A stretch of 63,699 nt of DNA, filler included, from Bipalium vagum (GCA_037834085.1; 3 parts of 3 records of this genome joined end to end with filler, not necessarily neighbours in it), one strand, 5' to 3'; shown: positions 40,101 through 53,786, counted from the first letter of the whole stretch. Notes: a model not told the origin generated them from the letters alone. Made by a program: numbers and translations.

Positions 40101-43100
40101 AAAATCTACCTTCTGTGATTCTGAATGTTATAAAGAGAATGACTTTTTATGTTGATGTTAGCGTTTTGGATGTAAACCAAGTTTAGCAGTATATAGTGGA
40201 GATTCATTCGAGGAAAACCACTACATTTTTCGTTTGGGATTCTCATATAAGATCTATTTTTCGTCTAATGCGATGACATGTATTCATTCGATTAGCTTTA
40301 ATGCCTTCGGGCAGTTTATGAAGTACCTAAACATTTACTTTGCCACCCTGGCACAAATGATCTTGAATGATATTTAAACCGGCAATGTTTATGAATCAAT
40401 TCAATTTATAAATTTGTAATGAAAATAAAATAATAAACATAATAATTTGAATAAAAATAATAACAAACCATTTTAATAAAGAAAGTTTGAATATTTAATC
40501 ATAAAAACGTGATTTCATTCTATTTTTCATCAGAAATTTAAAATAAACACCTTTCCGAAGCAATATTGAAATCTCTTTCACATTGTAAAAATAATGATTT
40601 ATAGTAAAAACAAAGAAACTGTAAAATTATTTTTAAAAATTTTAATATTCTCAAAAAATACTTCGTAATATATCCTCCTTGAACACCCATTCCATTCTGA
40701 TCTATCACAATCCTAGGCCCGTCGGCATTGTTTTTATTGTCATCCTCTTTCTTCCACGTTTTATCATAATCCTCGCGTTTCACTCTAACAATTTTTTTTA
40801 AATAATTCGTTTTAATTTTCATAAATTATTCTTTTAAAAAATGGAATCAAAGAATATTTTACTTATTCCAAGGTAAAATACATAGACCACAACACTTGTT
40901 TAAGTCCTCGAGATTCTTTTCAGCGTCCTTCATATCTTGATTGATTTTGTCCATACCTTCGTCAATTCTATCGAGTTGCTCTATTTAATAAAAAAAACAA
41001 GTGAGAACAATATACCATATTTAGAAGCTGGATGGGTTTTTGTTATTAGGCTCATGCCAGTGAATTCTCATTTATTTTTAAGAACTTAAGAATTTAAATG
41101 AAGAATATATCAATTTTGTAATTATTATTTTTGATAAAACTTTACGAGTTTAAGTTTAGAAAAATGCTAAAATTTTCAGAGGTATTTAAAACCAGTAAGA
41201 ATGAAACTGAAAATAAATTCAAGATTTATATTATTTATATAAATAAAGTAAATATTTTAAAAATAATAAGTAAAGTAATTATTGTTTATTATTTAGCAAA
41301 ATAAAATAAGGTATATTATTTTCAAATCAATAATGGTTAAAAAAAATTTGTGTGTTCTTATAATCCTGGCATTAAGGAGATAGATTAATAAAATTGAGAC
41401 ATTTCACCGAGAATATTAATTATTTAAGCTCTTGGATAATTCCAGGCCTATTCTCAAATGAATATCGTAATGTATACAGATGTAATTAGCGACGTTGTAT
41501 TGTTGAGATATTCTTTTTTGGATAATCTCGATATTTTATTAACGTTCATACTTGAGCGAAAGATTTTCGATCAAATTAGTATGGCTTAAAGTAAACCTTA
41601 CTGCGTTTTATAATAAACAACAATGAATTCGTTTGGTTAATATAAGTAATTAATAATTTAAATTTGTGCCGCACGAAAATCCATTTTAAAATTACAACAT
41701 TTGAACAACTAAAACATATTGCACATTAAATAACATAAATTGATTTTAATAAAGAATATATATTTATTTGATGTTACAGGGAAATCTCGTTAATTAGAAA
41801 CGAGTGGTACTGAAAAGTCTAAAGAATTATCCAAATTTTGAATTAACTGACAAACAATAAATTAATAGGATGTCTGTTGAGACTTACAACCGATTTCGAA
41901 TGAAGAAAGTTTGCGAATTAACGAAGTTTCACTGTACTAAACGCATTTAAGAAATTTTAAAAAGTTCACAGAAAGCCTTTATTTAAGTACATTTTTGTTG
42001 TCAAATTAATTTTTTTAACAAGAAATTCGTGGCAAAGTGATGAAAATATGGAATAAGTAAAACCTTTTGAAAGATCTTAATACAACCAATAATATATATC
42101 ATGCTGTGAATATTCACTAATAGTGGAATTAAAAAAATATATTAATATGTTTAGTTCAAGTTTCTCTTCATGCTGCTCATAACTTTAACTACACATTTAA
42201 CTTTTATAAGGCAATATAATACATTTTCAAATATTTTGATAAACATATATATTGAATATTGAGTAACACGACTGGTAAGAAAATAATTTGCATTAAGAAT
42301 TTTGTTATTAAAGTATGTATCAAGATTTTCTATATAATTTTCCATAATATAAAACATTGGTGGACGAGAGTCAATGAATTCCTAGAAGGATAGTTTTACG
42401 ATTATGTTGCTGAAAAATTGTAGTCAGTGGGGACTATGTCTGCAGGTGATTAAGAGGTTCCAATTCCAATCCCTTCAGGTTTGTCAGTCATTTGTGCAAT
42501 GTGCGGTATATCGTTATCATCCAATAAGATGGAAGTTGATATGTTTGACTAATCTAGAGTGATTTACGTTTTTCACTATTTTGCCTAATAAATTACTCAT
42601 AATTCATAAGAACTCTGAGACGGATTAGCCTTAACGGTCATCTTTAATTCATCATTACGAACCTTTGATTTGGGATGACAGCGTGATTCATTTGCGAGGT
42701 CAAAACTGTAAGAAATTTGGTGAACCATTTTGATATTGTCTGCTGTATAGTATTTCTGCAGTCAAATACACCATAAATGTTTCGGACGATCGGTATTACC
42801 GTTGTACCGTGTAAAAAAACTCCATAATGAAGAGCATTTCAGAAATACCCATTTTAAATAAAATTGGTAAATTAGAACAATTAATTAATATTTTTTAAAC
42901 TTACAAAGATTACTTGAAACAAGAGAAATATGTAAATTATCCACAAAAAATGAATAGTAAAAGATTAAGATAATGTAAAATAATCAATTATTATAGTGGT
43001 GAATATTAGCTACAAATTTCATGCTTGATAACCCAATATTCATATTTATAAGAGATTTTCTGGATTTGAGATTTAATGAGAATATTCGATAACCGAATAA

Positions 43101-45946
43101 AGTACATTTTATTTAATGAATTAAATTTTTAATGCGTGTAAATGTTCTTACAAACTTTAATTTATTTTAAAAATTTATAAAATATAAAAACCTTTAAAGT
43201 TTCAATACTTAAAACATTTATGAATGTGAAAATGTGCAATATAACTTATCTCATATGTATATTTATGTTTAAAATATTTATGAATAAGATATTAAAAAGC
43301 AGAGTAAATGAAATAAATAAATATTCTTTTTCATGTCACTACAGAAAAGGGGTATTCAGTTATTTGTATGTCAAAGAAAAAAATCCAATATTTGCTTTTA
43401 AGAATTACACTATCTTATAAGATATTATGTTTCTGTAAATTCCAACTGTTATATTACGTACTAATATTTCCGTGATATGAGAATCAATATAAAGACAATC
43501 CACTTATGTATAGCAAAACATAACATAAAAGTTCTAATATTGATAATTAAGCTGTGAAAAGCTTGGAAAAAAGATTAATATTGTAAAAATGTAATTAAAT
43601 TAATAATATATCATATATGAAGCTGAAATTCCAGAAGTTTAACAAAATATAAAATAATTATAATTATAATATGTAATAATAATAATAATAAAATGTAATA
43701 ATAATAATATTAACAGTAATAATACTAATAATACTAATAATAATAATAATAATATTAATAATAATAATAACTATAATAAAATAAGCATAATAATAATTCT
43801 CTAAGTTATGGATTATTTTATTTTCTCAATAACTTTCAGTGTTGCCATAGGAATTCAAATAGGTAAATAGAAAATAAAAGATGAAAATTTTATAATTGCA
43901 AAACGAAATAAGATTAATAACATACAGCAAAGAATTATGATTAGAAGCTGCTATTTAATTCAACAGTGTTTATTATCGTGTTTCTCTATATATGTTCAGA
44001 CTGAATGGGAAAACCATTGAATTTAGATGTTATACAGCATTTTTATTGAGAATACATTATTTATTTATATTTTGAAAAAATATTTGAAATATTTTTTGGT
44101 TGAAAAAAAAACTAAAAATAGTTTCACTTTTTTGATAAGGTGATTTATGGACATCCATCTAAATCCTGCCTAAAATAACTATTAGCTGGATATCATATAT
44201 ATTTTACTTAAAATATAAAATCTCTCTTGATTCGTTTATTTTGAATTTTATTTTCCAGGAGCAGTTAAATATTAGGTAGCGTTTGGATTACGAAACAAAC
44301 TCTCATTAGGTTAAACAATTGTGCAAAACATCAGTTTTACAATGGCATATAAGGACGATCCAATAATGCCGACGAAAATTAGAAAATGTAGACAATAACG
44401 AAATGAAATTCCAAAGATAAAATCTGTAGTTTTAGAAAAAATTTTATAAATTATATATTTGTAAATATTATATTAAGAAGAGAAAGCGGATTTGGAAAAA
44501 AAATAAAGCTGATGGGAACTTTAGCAAAATATTATGATGACAAGGAAGATTTTTTATATTTATCAAATAACCATAGATGATTAACAAGTTCTGGGTATCC
44601 AAAAGATTCTAATAAATGGAAACTGGTCTGAAAAATCCTAGATATTCTAAACAACCACAGAATTAGAAAGAGTGACATTTCCCTATGAGCAGATATATCA
44701 TAGGATGGATATTTTCGTAATACTTCTCAAACAAAATTAAAATGAATTTCTTAATTATATAATTATTGGTGAAATTTAGCTATGCAAGTACATTTTAAGA
44801 TCTATAAAATCATATGAACAATCTCCAAACTATTATAAATTGAAAAAAGTAAAACTCTGAAATATCTTGAAAAAGGAAAAATAATAAATGAAGAATATTG
44901 TCCGTTTCACTGAAGAGAGCCAAATTGAACAGCAGCCAATGTTGAATACAAACCCATTACAGGTCAGGTATTACAATGACAAAAATATTTTAAGTAGAAT
45001 TTAAACAATTATCACATCAAACCATATTTGCTATAATAAGCTCCGCCTGACATTTGCTGTTTTTTGACCATAAAAATGAATTGCAGATAGAAAAATCAAA
45101 TGAAATTATGAAGTTATTTACTACTCAATTGCCTTTTTCAAAGCATACGATAAGATTATAGTTACACCTACAAAAAATCTATACTTTAGAAATATTTTTC
45201 AAAATTTTTTATCAAAGGTAAAACAAGTAATAAAAAAAAAATAATAATAATGATAAATATAATATAATTATAATATTTTATAAATTAATTTAATAATATA
45301 ATTAAAAATGAATATATTTTAAAAATATAAATAATTAAAAGTAAATTATTATTATAAATTAAAAGTTTAAAGCAGAAATTTAATGACTGTCCTCAATATA
45401 GTCTTATAATATAAAAATAATATCATAAAAGCAAAAATGCACGTTTTTAATTTTAGAAATTTTTAACTTTTATCAGCATATTTCAAAATTATTGTACATA
45501 TACTAATGGTGATCACGATTTTATACAAAAGTATTGAAATGTAATACAAATAATTTCCCGCATGTACAGTATGAATTTCAGTTTTAAAATTTTTAAGTGA
45601 TTTACTACAGGGATAACCACAACAGATATCTACTATCTCATTTAAATTACCTCCCTGGTCATCAAGCATTACAAGTGTTGAAATGCCTGCCTCTTTAGCC
45701 TTTATATTTGCAGAGATAAATAAAAATGAGTTATAAAAAAAATTAAAGAAACCTCTTCACACATGGCCAACATTCTTCTAGTACTTTCGAGAGACTGAGA
45801 TTTAAAGTGATGTTAAATTTTATAATGATGTAACATTATTATCAATCTTTATATTTGTACAAAATTACTTCATCGGTTGCTTGATTCATTTTAAACTGAA
45901 TCATCTGAAGCTCAGTCGGCGGTTCAGAATTAAGGTCACTGTCCAT
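31124..45946 (-). CDS. SNAP25: Synaptosomal-associated protein 25 (Qbc t-SNARE), 7 coding exons, 207 aa
   Basis: Exons 45946-45869, 45794-45753, 45699-45651, 40980-40863, 40784-40662, 38753-38609, 31192-31124; all introns GT-AG and in frame (624 nt). Translation [14 protein letters not shown]...[73 protein letters not shown]...[13 protein letters not shown]...[10 protein letters not shown]...[33 protein letters not shown]. Confidence 0.98.
32090..32705 (+). mobile_element. Tc1 (DD34E) 3' remnant in SNAP-25 intron 6
   Basis: FHDNS and [20 protein letters not shown]. Confidence 0.85.
33054..33438 (+). ncRNA. Candidate structured RNA/foldback element with hammerhead-like junction
   Basis: 13-bp perfect terminal inverted repeat, several nested internal stems, CTGACGA at 33075 and GAAA at 33410 in type I hammerhead order; core imperfect. 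Confidence 0.4.
35770..36400 (-). mobile_element. Mariner 3' half
   Basis: [30 protein letters not shown]; TA+ttaggcg terminus near 35770. Confidence 0.8.
36490..37260 (-). mobile_element. Tc1 (DD34E) remnant
   Basis: [13 protein letters not shown] plus upstream Tc1 HTH-like segments; many frameshifts. Confidence 0.8.
39158..39360 (-). mobile_element. Mariner 3' end fragment
   Basis: [11 protein letters not shown], similar to the 3' end of the 25470-26090 copy; TA+ttaggtct terminus. Confidence 0.7.
39480..40350 (+). mobile_element. DD41D (rosa)-like element, 3' part
   Basis: [38 protein letters not shown]; ends in caccctg. Confidence 0.8.
41777..41934. mobile_element. pogo/Tigger-type MITE (158 bp)
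   Basis: TIRs cagggaaatctcgttaatt / aattaacgaagtttcactg with TA flanks. Confidence 0.8.
42300..42860 (-). mobile_element. Mariner deletion derivative (cecropia/Hsmar1-like)
   Basis: [54 protein letters not shown]. Confidence 0.75.
43660..43797. repeat. Imperfect (AAT)n microsatellite
   Basis: Visible run. Confidence 0.9.
44840..45115 (+). mobile_element. Highly decayed mariner fragment
   Basis: [12 protein letters not shown] motif. Confidence 0.45.
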
Positions 45947-46449
45947 TTTATAATAATTGTTTCGATTGACAACTTGAAAACAAATAGGAGTTTTATAACA
46001 GAAACCAAGTTACTTTATCAAATGCTTTCAATTTGTATTTAATTAAATAAATACAGATAAACAAATTCATAAATATCTATCAATACTTACAAAATTTTTA
46101 GTTTAAAAACTTTTCATAATTTTATAAAATTATTAATAAAAATTGTGCAAAGTAAGAATATTACAAAAGAAATTTTAATAAACTTTAATGAAAAACCAAA
46201 ATCATCAAAACTATAACTTTAGTGAATTATTATATTTATCAAATTAGTTAAGTTCTTATTTAAATTGCTTGATTATTATTTATCATTTAGAATCAGTATT
46301 TAATTTAATAAGGAATTTAATAAGAAACCAGAAAGAAAGTTGCACAAATAAATGAACAGGGTCTAATCAGGGAGAAATATTTCAATTTGTTCGATGAGGA
46401 ATCTGGTTTTAATGGTTTTTCATCTGCACTTGAATAAAACGTGGTGACA

Positions 46450-47286
46450 ATATGTTATGAGAGGCAGAACTATATAATAGATTATGCGAGGTGAGGCCGA
46501 GCATTACAGTAACATTGCGGGAACAGGCGTTTGGTTGTTTATTAAAAGACAGTAGCGCGAATCAAGGTAATAAGCTGGAGTATTGCAATCCAGTTGGGAG
46601 AAACGGAATTAAAGAGATTCGAAGAAAAATTATGATTCGCAAACGATACCATACTAGAGTCGGTGGACAAGCTCGAAATAGAAGCGCAAATTAAGAACAG
46701 GCGAGTAAAGGTCAAATTTATTGTGGTGAAGTTAGTGACACCAGATATCATAAGAGTTATTGAGTTATGGAAGTAATTAGGTTTTGTTTTCCACAAAATT
46801 AAGAACAGAGAAATATAACTTCATGAAGAGAATTATGACCAAGAACTTCTGTGCGGGATCGAAGCAAGATTTCGTAAGACGATAAAGGTAGGATTGAGAA
46901 ATTAAAGAGCGCTGAAGTCATTGAGGATCAAGGAAGATTCAGTGTTAGGGAAAATTATACAGGATTTCGTGGATGCATTTATAACCGATGGTAATCCAAT
47001 TAATATCAAACTTTTTAGACAGTCGATGAACCTGAAAGCTAAAATCGAAGAAGATATTCAGAATTTTTATGAAAACGACATAATTATGAAATTTTATTCA
47101 TCTTGGAATATGTCGTCGATTTGTGTGTCGAGGAAGAATAAGGCAGAGATCAGATTATGTTTAGATTTCAGGTACTTAAACGCAATTACGGTGAGACTGG
47201 CATTTCTCATGTTTAATGTAGATGAACTATTGGGTCAGTTGGGGGTGCTAAGTATTTTAGTTTTAGGTGCTACCAGGTTGAGTTGA
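46450..47286 (+). mobile_element. Ty3/Gypsy pol remnant (protease to RT N-terminus)
   Basis: SSWNMSSICVSRKNKAEIRLCLDFRYLNAITVRLAFLMFNVDELLGQL matches the start of Gypsy RT. Confidence 0.85.
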
Positions 47287-47383
47287 ATAATAATATACTC
47301 ACGGAAAAAAGTAAAAAGCACCCTAAAATCAAAAAAAATTATTATGAATACAAACATGCAATACATATCTATACATAAAAATT

Positions 47384-47483
47384 NNNNNNNNNNNNNNNNN
47401 NNNNNNNNNNNNNNNNNNNNNNNNNNNTTAATTAATTAANNNNNNNNNNNNNNNNNNNNNNNNNNNNNNNNNNNNNNNNNNNN
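47384..47483. other. Assembly gap with artificial TTAATTAATTAA spacer
   Basis: 44 N + spacer + 44 N. Confidence 0.95.
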
Positions 47484-47876
47484 CTAAAATTTTTATCAAT
47501 TAATTAATAAAATTATTATTTAAATGATTATTTAACTAATAATAATAATAATAATTTCCCCAATATATTTTTATAAATCGTTGAAATAATTATTATTTCG
47601 GATAAGTTCGGATAAATTAATTAATTAATTAATTAAGAATAAAGAAAATTATTAATCGCTTTAACTGCTTTGTGAAACAAATCTGCCTTTGTTAATACTT
47701 CCTCGAAATCCGCATTTCTTCTTTTAATTTCGTCTGCAAAGCGATAATCAGAGAAAAGCTTGAAACGATTTCATACGGCACGACTGTCATAATAAAAACA
47801 AATTAATTAATTAATATTTAATAATGGAACTGAAAGCCTGCGTAAAGGAAAATGTCTCATGATCGCTTTTTTCCAG

Positions 47877-48044
47877 ATCGAAACGAGCTTCTGCCCATAT
47901 TAAACCCGACGGGAGATGGGATTTTGTCGTTGAGAACATCGCCAAAGAAATACAAGACCAACTCCATCTTCAGTCTGGAGGAGAATAAACGAAGACAGAA
48001 CTCGACATGTTCAGAAAATCATAGCTTTGACAATACTGAACCGG
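47877..48044 (+). CDS. Candidate internal exon, possibly upstream exon of the 57482-58172 gene
   Basis: ttccag| 168-nt open phase-1/phase-1 exon |gtgggt; phase-compatible with the exon at 57482. Confidence 0.45.
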
Positions 48045-49231
48045 GTGGGTCTCGTTCGAATGATAAGATTGTGTTTTAAATAATAAATGAGCTTTGTTTT
48101 ACTGAAGTATCGGTTGTCTCCATTCAGGGATTTCAGTCCTTCCACTTCTTCGGAAGCAAAGGTCGCCCTCCCAACAGTCAAACAAATCCTGTAAGTCGAT
48201 CAAGACATTAAATATTTACCATTCGAGAATTGATTATTTTTTTATTCTTTTTATTATTTATTTTTTCTTTTTCAAAAAACGAAAAAGAAAAGATTATTAT
48301 TTTATTAATATAATTGATTAAAAATTAATTAAATTGATTTTTATTAAGTGAAAATAATAAATATTTTGTTTAATCTTACTTAAGGAAAATTTTGTTGTCT
48401 CAAAATTTCACAGTCGAACAAATTTTGTTAATCAATCGATAAATTAAAAATAAAATAATTTTATATATTTTTTAATATTTTTTATTTTTTCGTTATTAAT
48501 TGAAATAAATTTTCGTCATATAAATTAAAATCGTCAGAAAATGAATTTTCATTTTAATTCTCAACATTTAAACAAATCCTGTAAATCGATCATGAAAAAG
48601 ATATTCACTGTTTGAAAGTTAATTACTTTAATTAATTTATTTTTAATTACTGCACGAAGAAATTAATTATCCATAATTTATTTCGAAAATATAACAAATA
48701 TTAATAAAATCAATATTTTATATATTTTTTATTAGAGGTTTATTTTATTGATTATTATAATAATATAATCGAAAATAATAGAATGATAGAATAATTAAAA
48801 TAATTAAAATTAATTTTATTTGTATAAATCTTATCAAGAAATATAATTTTTATTTAGAAAATATATTATTCGTGGAATATTAAATTTCTTAATTATTATT
48901 TGTTGAAAAGATTTTAATTGAAAAGAATTTAATTAATTTTTTTCAATATATTATTAGAAATATATTTTCTTGTTTAAATTTTACTATATTATATTTATTA
49001 TTATAATTATAAAAATTTTACATATTTTTTTTCAAAATTCCAGGTATCGAAAAACCACGTAGATCAATTAAATTATAAAAAAATATTTTTAAAGAATTAA
49101 TTATTAATTATTTATTTCAATTATTCAAACACTTTCACATTTTCAATATATTTTTTAAAAATATAATTTTTTTTTCTATAGTATCCAAAATATTTAATAA
49201 ATATATTAATTTATTCAAAGAACAAAAATAT

Positions 49232-49378
49232 NNNNNNNNNNNNNNNNNNNNNNNNNNNNNNNNNNNNNNNNNNNNNNNNNNNNNNNNNNNNNNNNNNNNN
49301 NNNNNNNNNNNNNNNNNNNNNNNNNNNNNNNNNNNNNNNNNNNNNNNNNNNNNNNNNNNNNNNNNNNNNNNNNNNNNN
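49232..49378. other. Assembly gap
   Basis: N run. Confidence 1.
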
Positions 49379-50143
49379 CTTTATTCATATCTAATTTTAT
49401 TTTGATTTTTAAAAAATATTATAATTATTATTTCAGTAATTTAAATATTTAATTGAAATATTTCCTTGTTCTTAAATTTGGTTTAAATACATTCTTAATA
49501 ATTAAAATTTGAGAATGAAACATTCTTCCTTTCATTGACTAAACGTAAAATATCAGAGCTACTTTAAAATTTAAATTAAAAAATTAATTTAATATTTTAA
49601 ATAATTATTTTGCAAGTCATCGTCGATATCGAAAATGGTCGTACTGAATTTCAGTCAAGTTATTTTAAGATTACCAGATGGAATTCTGAGCTGCTGGAAA
49701 TTTTTTGGGCTTCGACAAATTCTCATTTCGACTTACAATTAAAACAATATATTGTTTTTCAGTAGCTTTTTATATTTATCAAAATAAATTTATCAATTCA
49801 ATCAATATATATACTTTTTTTATTTTTTTTTATTTTTTTTATTTATACTTTTTATATATACTTTTATAAATACTTTTTGAACACAAGTTGTAATGCATTC
49901 GATATTTTTGCTGCAATTAAATATTTTGTTTAAATGGACAATGTTAAATGTCTGTTCCAAAATAGTTTTACAGATGATTTTCAATGAAGTTTCAAATTGG
50001 GACAGCTGATCAGAGATATTTCAAAGATTATTTTGTCTATTGAAGATAATTTAATATATTATAAATAATATAATTAAATTGTTTTTGGTATCAGAACTAA
50101 ATTATGGCAGCTATTATAAAATCCAATTACTTGTTATATAATA

Positions 50144-50612
50144 TTAGGGGTACAAATAAATTTTATTTATTTATTTATATAAGCGGATACATCAATTATT
50201 ATTATTAACGGATTTATTTAAAATAGATTTAGTGAGATATCGAAATATATGTATAATATATTATATATAATTGTGAATTGAAATATAAATCAATTTGTTT
50301 CAATAATATCTTTTTGATAGTGTAATCATTTAAATTTTCCTAATATGTTAATAATTTCAAAATTTTTAGATCTAAATATGTCAACATTTACGACAAGCAA
50401 AGAACACTTGCGGGACGTTCTCATTCATTACTTCATGATGAACAAAACTACCACAGAAGGTTGCAGGATATTAAGGAATGTTTATGGAAAACATGTAGTA
50501 TCTCAGGAAACATGCGAGCGCTGGTTTCACCGCTTCAGAAGTAATGATTTCAATGTAAAGGATAAAGAACGCACAGACTGCCCTTCCAAATTTGAAAACC
50601 ACGACTTGCAAT
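50144..50612 (+). mobile_element. Mariner 5' fragment (Mos1/mauritiana-like)
   Basis: MSTFTTSKEHLRDVLIHYF...TCERWFHRFRSNDFNVKDKER...KFENHDLQ. Confidence 0.85.
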
Positions 50613-50916
50613 ATATAATAATTTTAATATATAATAATAAAACGAGATCAGGGCGCTGAAGTGATAGAAACCGGAAGAATTATTTATAAAAATATAAATA
50701 ATTTCATCTCAAAAATTTGAAAACATGTTTCTTCAAATTTTGTTTTTAAGTAAACCAGAGACCAGTCTCAATTCTGGTTGTCATAAATTTCTACATAAAA
50801 TTGTTACTTTTATATTATTATTATTGTATTAATGCTAGTGTTAATCAATAATTTTGATAATATTTTTTGTTTTTTTAATAATATATAATAACATTATTTT
50901 ACTGCTAAATTTCATA

Positions 50917-51686
50917 CAGGGTTTATAACCTCATTTCAAATTTTTGTAATTCAATTTCAAATTTTTGTAATCTCACATCAAATACATATTTTCTCAGCTA
51001 CATTCTTTAATTAAACTAATAAGACTAATTTATTATTTGCAGTTGATGAGGTAGGCTTCAATATATCCATGCGCTCAAGAAAAGGAAGATCATTATGTGG
51101 AAAAAGAGAAATTCATGTTGTACGTGGATTGCGGTCCCGTAACATCTCCGTCTGTTGCGCAATGAATAAAAATGGAATTGTCCATTATCATGCACAGACG
51201 ACTGCATATAACACGATTATATTTCAGGCGTTTAACACCGAATTAATAGCAAAAGATTTAATTCGAGAACATGGATCTGGGGTAATCCATTCCACAAATC
51301 GACAGTCATACGTGAAATGGTAGAAGAAGGGGGTCATAGGATATTATTTTTGCCTCCTTATTCTCCGTTTCTAAATCCTATTGAGAACTTATTCTCCAAA
51401 TGGAAACAAAGCATTAGACAAGCTCGTCCTGAAAATGAAAAAGATTTATTAGGATTGATCGACAACGTAGGAAATTTAATGGGCGCTGATGACTGTAATT
51501 CTTATTAAATTCTTATTAATTCTTATTTAAATTACTAACAAAATGTGTTAATAAGGAGCCCATCTATGATGATTAAATGTTTATATGTAAATATATGTAA
51601 TACATTTTCTTATTTTTATTTATTTTTGAAATTTATTTATTTTTGAAATTGATTTACAAAAATTTGAAATGAGGTTATAAACACTG
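50917..51686 (+). mobile_element. IS630/Tc1 DDE deletion derivative with intact TIRs
   Basis: ~45-bp TIRs cag(g/t)gtttataacctcatttcaaatttttgtaa with TA flanks; VDEVGFN and FLPPYSPFLNPIENLFSKWK present, second-D region deleted. Confidence 0.92.
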
Positions 51687-52395
51687 TAAGTGTTTTGGAA
51701 AAAAATATTTTATTTGTCCCGAGAGTACAAGTCGAAAAATCAAAATTGAACATTGACAATTTATAAAGTTACAAAATAAATTTAATAATTACCTGATTAT
51801 TTATTATTATATTTTTTTTATTATTTTTATCTTTTTTATTATTATTATTTTTATTATAATAATAATTATAATATATATAAATTTTAAAATATATATATAG
51901 GTTTTCAAGAAATACATTTTTATAATTATCGTGTAATTTTAATTTAAACATTGCATTTATATTTTATATTTATATATTTTCAATTTTTATGGAAAATTAT
52001 TTAAAGAAATAAAAGGTGAAATTGAAAATAAACTACTATTAATTCTCTATTTATTTTTTTAAAACGAAACCGTTTTAATGAATTTCTTAAATATTAAATA
52101 AATTTTTTAATGGAAAATATTGATAAACTGCTAATGGATTTATTGAATGTTTATAACGAAAATTTATATTAAATTTATTTTTACAAAAAATTCCATAATT
52201 TATTAATGTAAATAAATTATTGCAATTTTTTGTCATAATTTACTAAATTGAATTATTTTTTTGTTCTATTTGTATAATAATGGTAAATGATTGATTGATA
52301 TAATTAATATATGATAATGGGAGAATGTGATCAAGTTCTGGGAATGTTCTCGTAATCTGTTTTAAAAATAAAATATTTACGTTAATGATTATGTA

Positions 52396-52930
52396 TGTGG
52401 TAAGGCCAAAATGTATTTAAAATCTACTCGAAATATTGAAGATACTTGTATAAAATTTTGCATGTAAAATAATAATCATATGTAAATTTGAAATTCGTGA
52501 TTGGTTTAAATATTCTATTTTTGTTTGTACTAAATTACGAGATTAATTCAAAAAATTGTGGAATTTCGAAGTGTGATTCGTTTTTTACTTCTCAATGGAT
52601 TTGGCACGAAGGAAATTATTAATCAGCTTTAAAAAGTATATGATAAAGAAGCCTATCTTATTCGACTATTTATAACTGGATCTGAGGATTTTCATCTGGT
52701 CGAACAAGTGTTTTCAATGTGACCAAAAGTAAAAGAAATTTAGAAATTAGTGAAAACATTACTAACAATTGAAAGATATTGTGAGAAATGAATAAAAAAT
52801 TACTCGAGCGCAACTATCTGAGAAACTAATTTTTTTTTAAAAAAAACCGTCCAGTTGGTTTTAGAGCAAATGGGAATCCATGTAGAAAGTTAATGGCCTA
52901 ACTTTTTAACAGTTGAGATGATGGATAAAA
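52396..52930 (+). mobile_element. Mariner 5' half, same family as 7060-7990
   Basis: EFRSVIRFLLL...IYNWI*GFSSGRTSV...FLTVEMM; terminus tgtggtaaggccaaaa. Confidence 0.75.
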
Positions 52931-53786
52931 GTAAAATTTAATTTTTAATCAGTTAACCAAAACATATAATCCAAAACATTCCACAGATAATCTAAATCAA
53001 TTATACAACATACAACTCTCGATAATATCACAAAGCTATAAATAGAAACGCGTAATCAGAATAATAATGAGGAGAAAATAATTTAAACACAAGTGATGTT
53101 GTGTTTGTTCAGATTTTTCTTATTCTCAAACAACCTTTGTAGCTTTGATTATTCTTAGAGTGTTTGACTTGAAAAAAGTGTTTAAAATAATTAAATGAAA
53201 AAACCATTAATAGACACGTGATTTTTAATCCAAGGAGATTCCATGAAACCTTAAAGAATCAATAAACTCTATCAATATCATCAATAATGGAATGACGGTT
53301 GAACTGAATATAAGGCCTTCCAATTAATGATAATATAAAACATTACAATTCTGGAGCGAAAAAATTTACTTTTCTTCTCCTTGTCTTAAAAAATTCTTGG
53401 AGAGATCTGCAAAATCTCTCAGAAAATCTAATTTTATTTAGCTTATATATATGATAGACCAATTTAAGAATTTAGATGTAATTAAGTATATGTTGAGTAT
53501 ACAAATATTTTATCTTTCTTATAATAAATAATATTGATTTTAAAAATGTGAAATATTCGATAATGTTTGTAAAATATAAATAAAGATTAAATAATTATTA
53601 TGTTAATTATTTTATATTTTATGTTATTATAATATAATATAATATAATTATATTTTATAAATATAATAGTGAAACTTAGTTTTAAAACAAAATACAATTC
53701 TGAATTAATTTTTTTTAATTTAATTATTTAATTTATTTTTAATATATAATTACAGTGCATTTCATAAATAAAAGATCATTGTTTTA

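Noticed and set aside
41016-41066. In-frame 51-nt cassette exon in SNAP-25
   Set aside because: Weak GAG acceptor, only a 35-nt downstream intron, and it would interrupt the first SNARE helix.
40981-45650. Duplicated mutually exclusive exon like vertebrate SNAP-25 5a/5b
   Set aside because: No second EQL..I.EGM-type exon found in the flanking introns.
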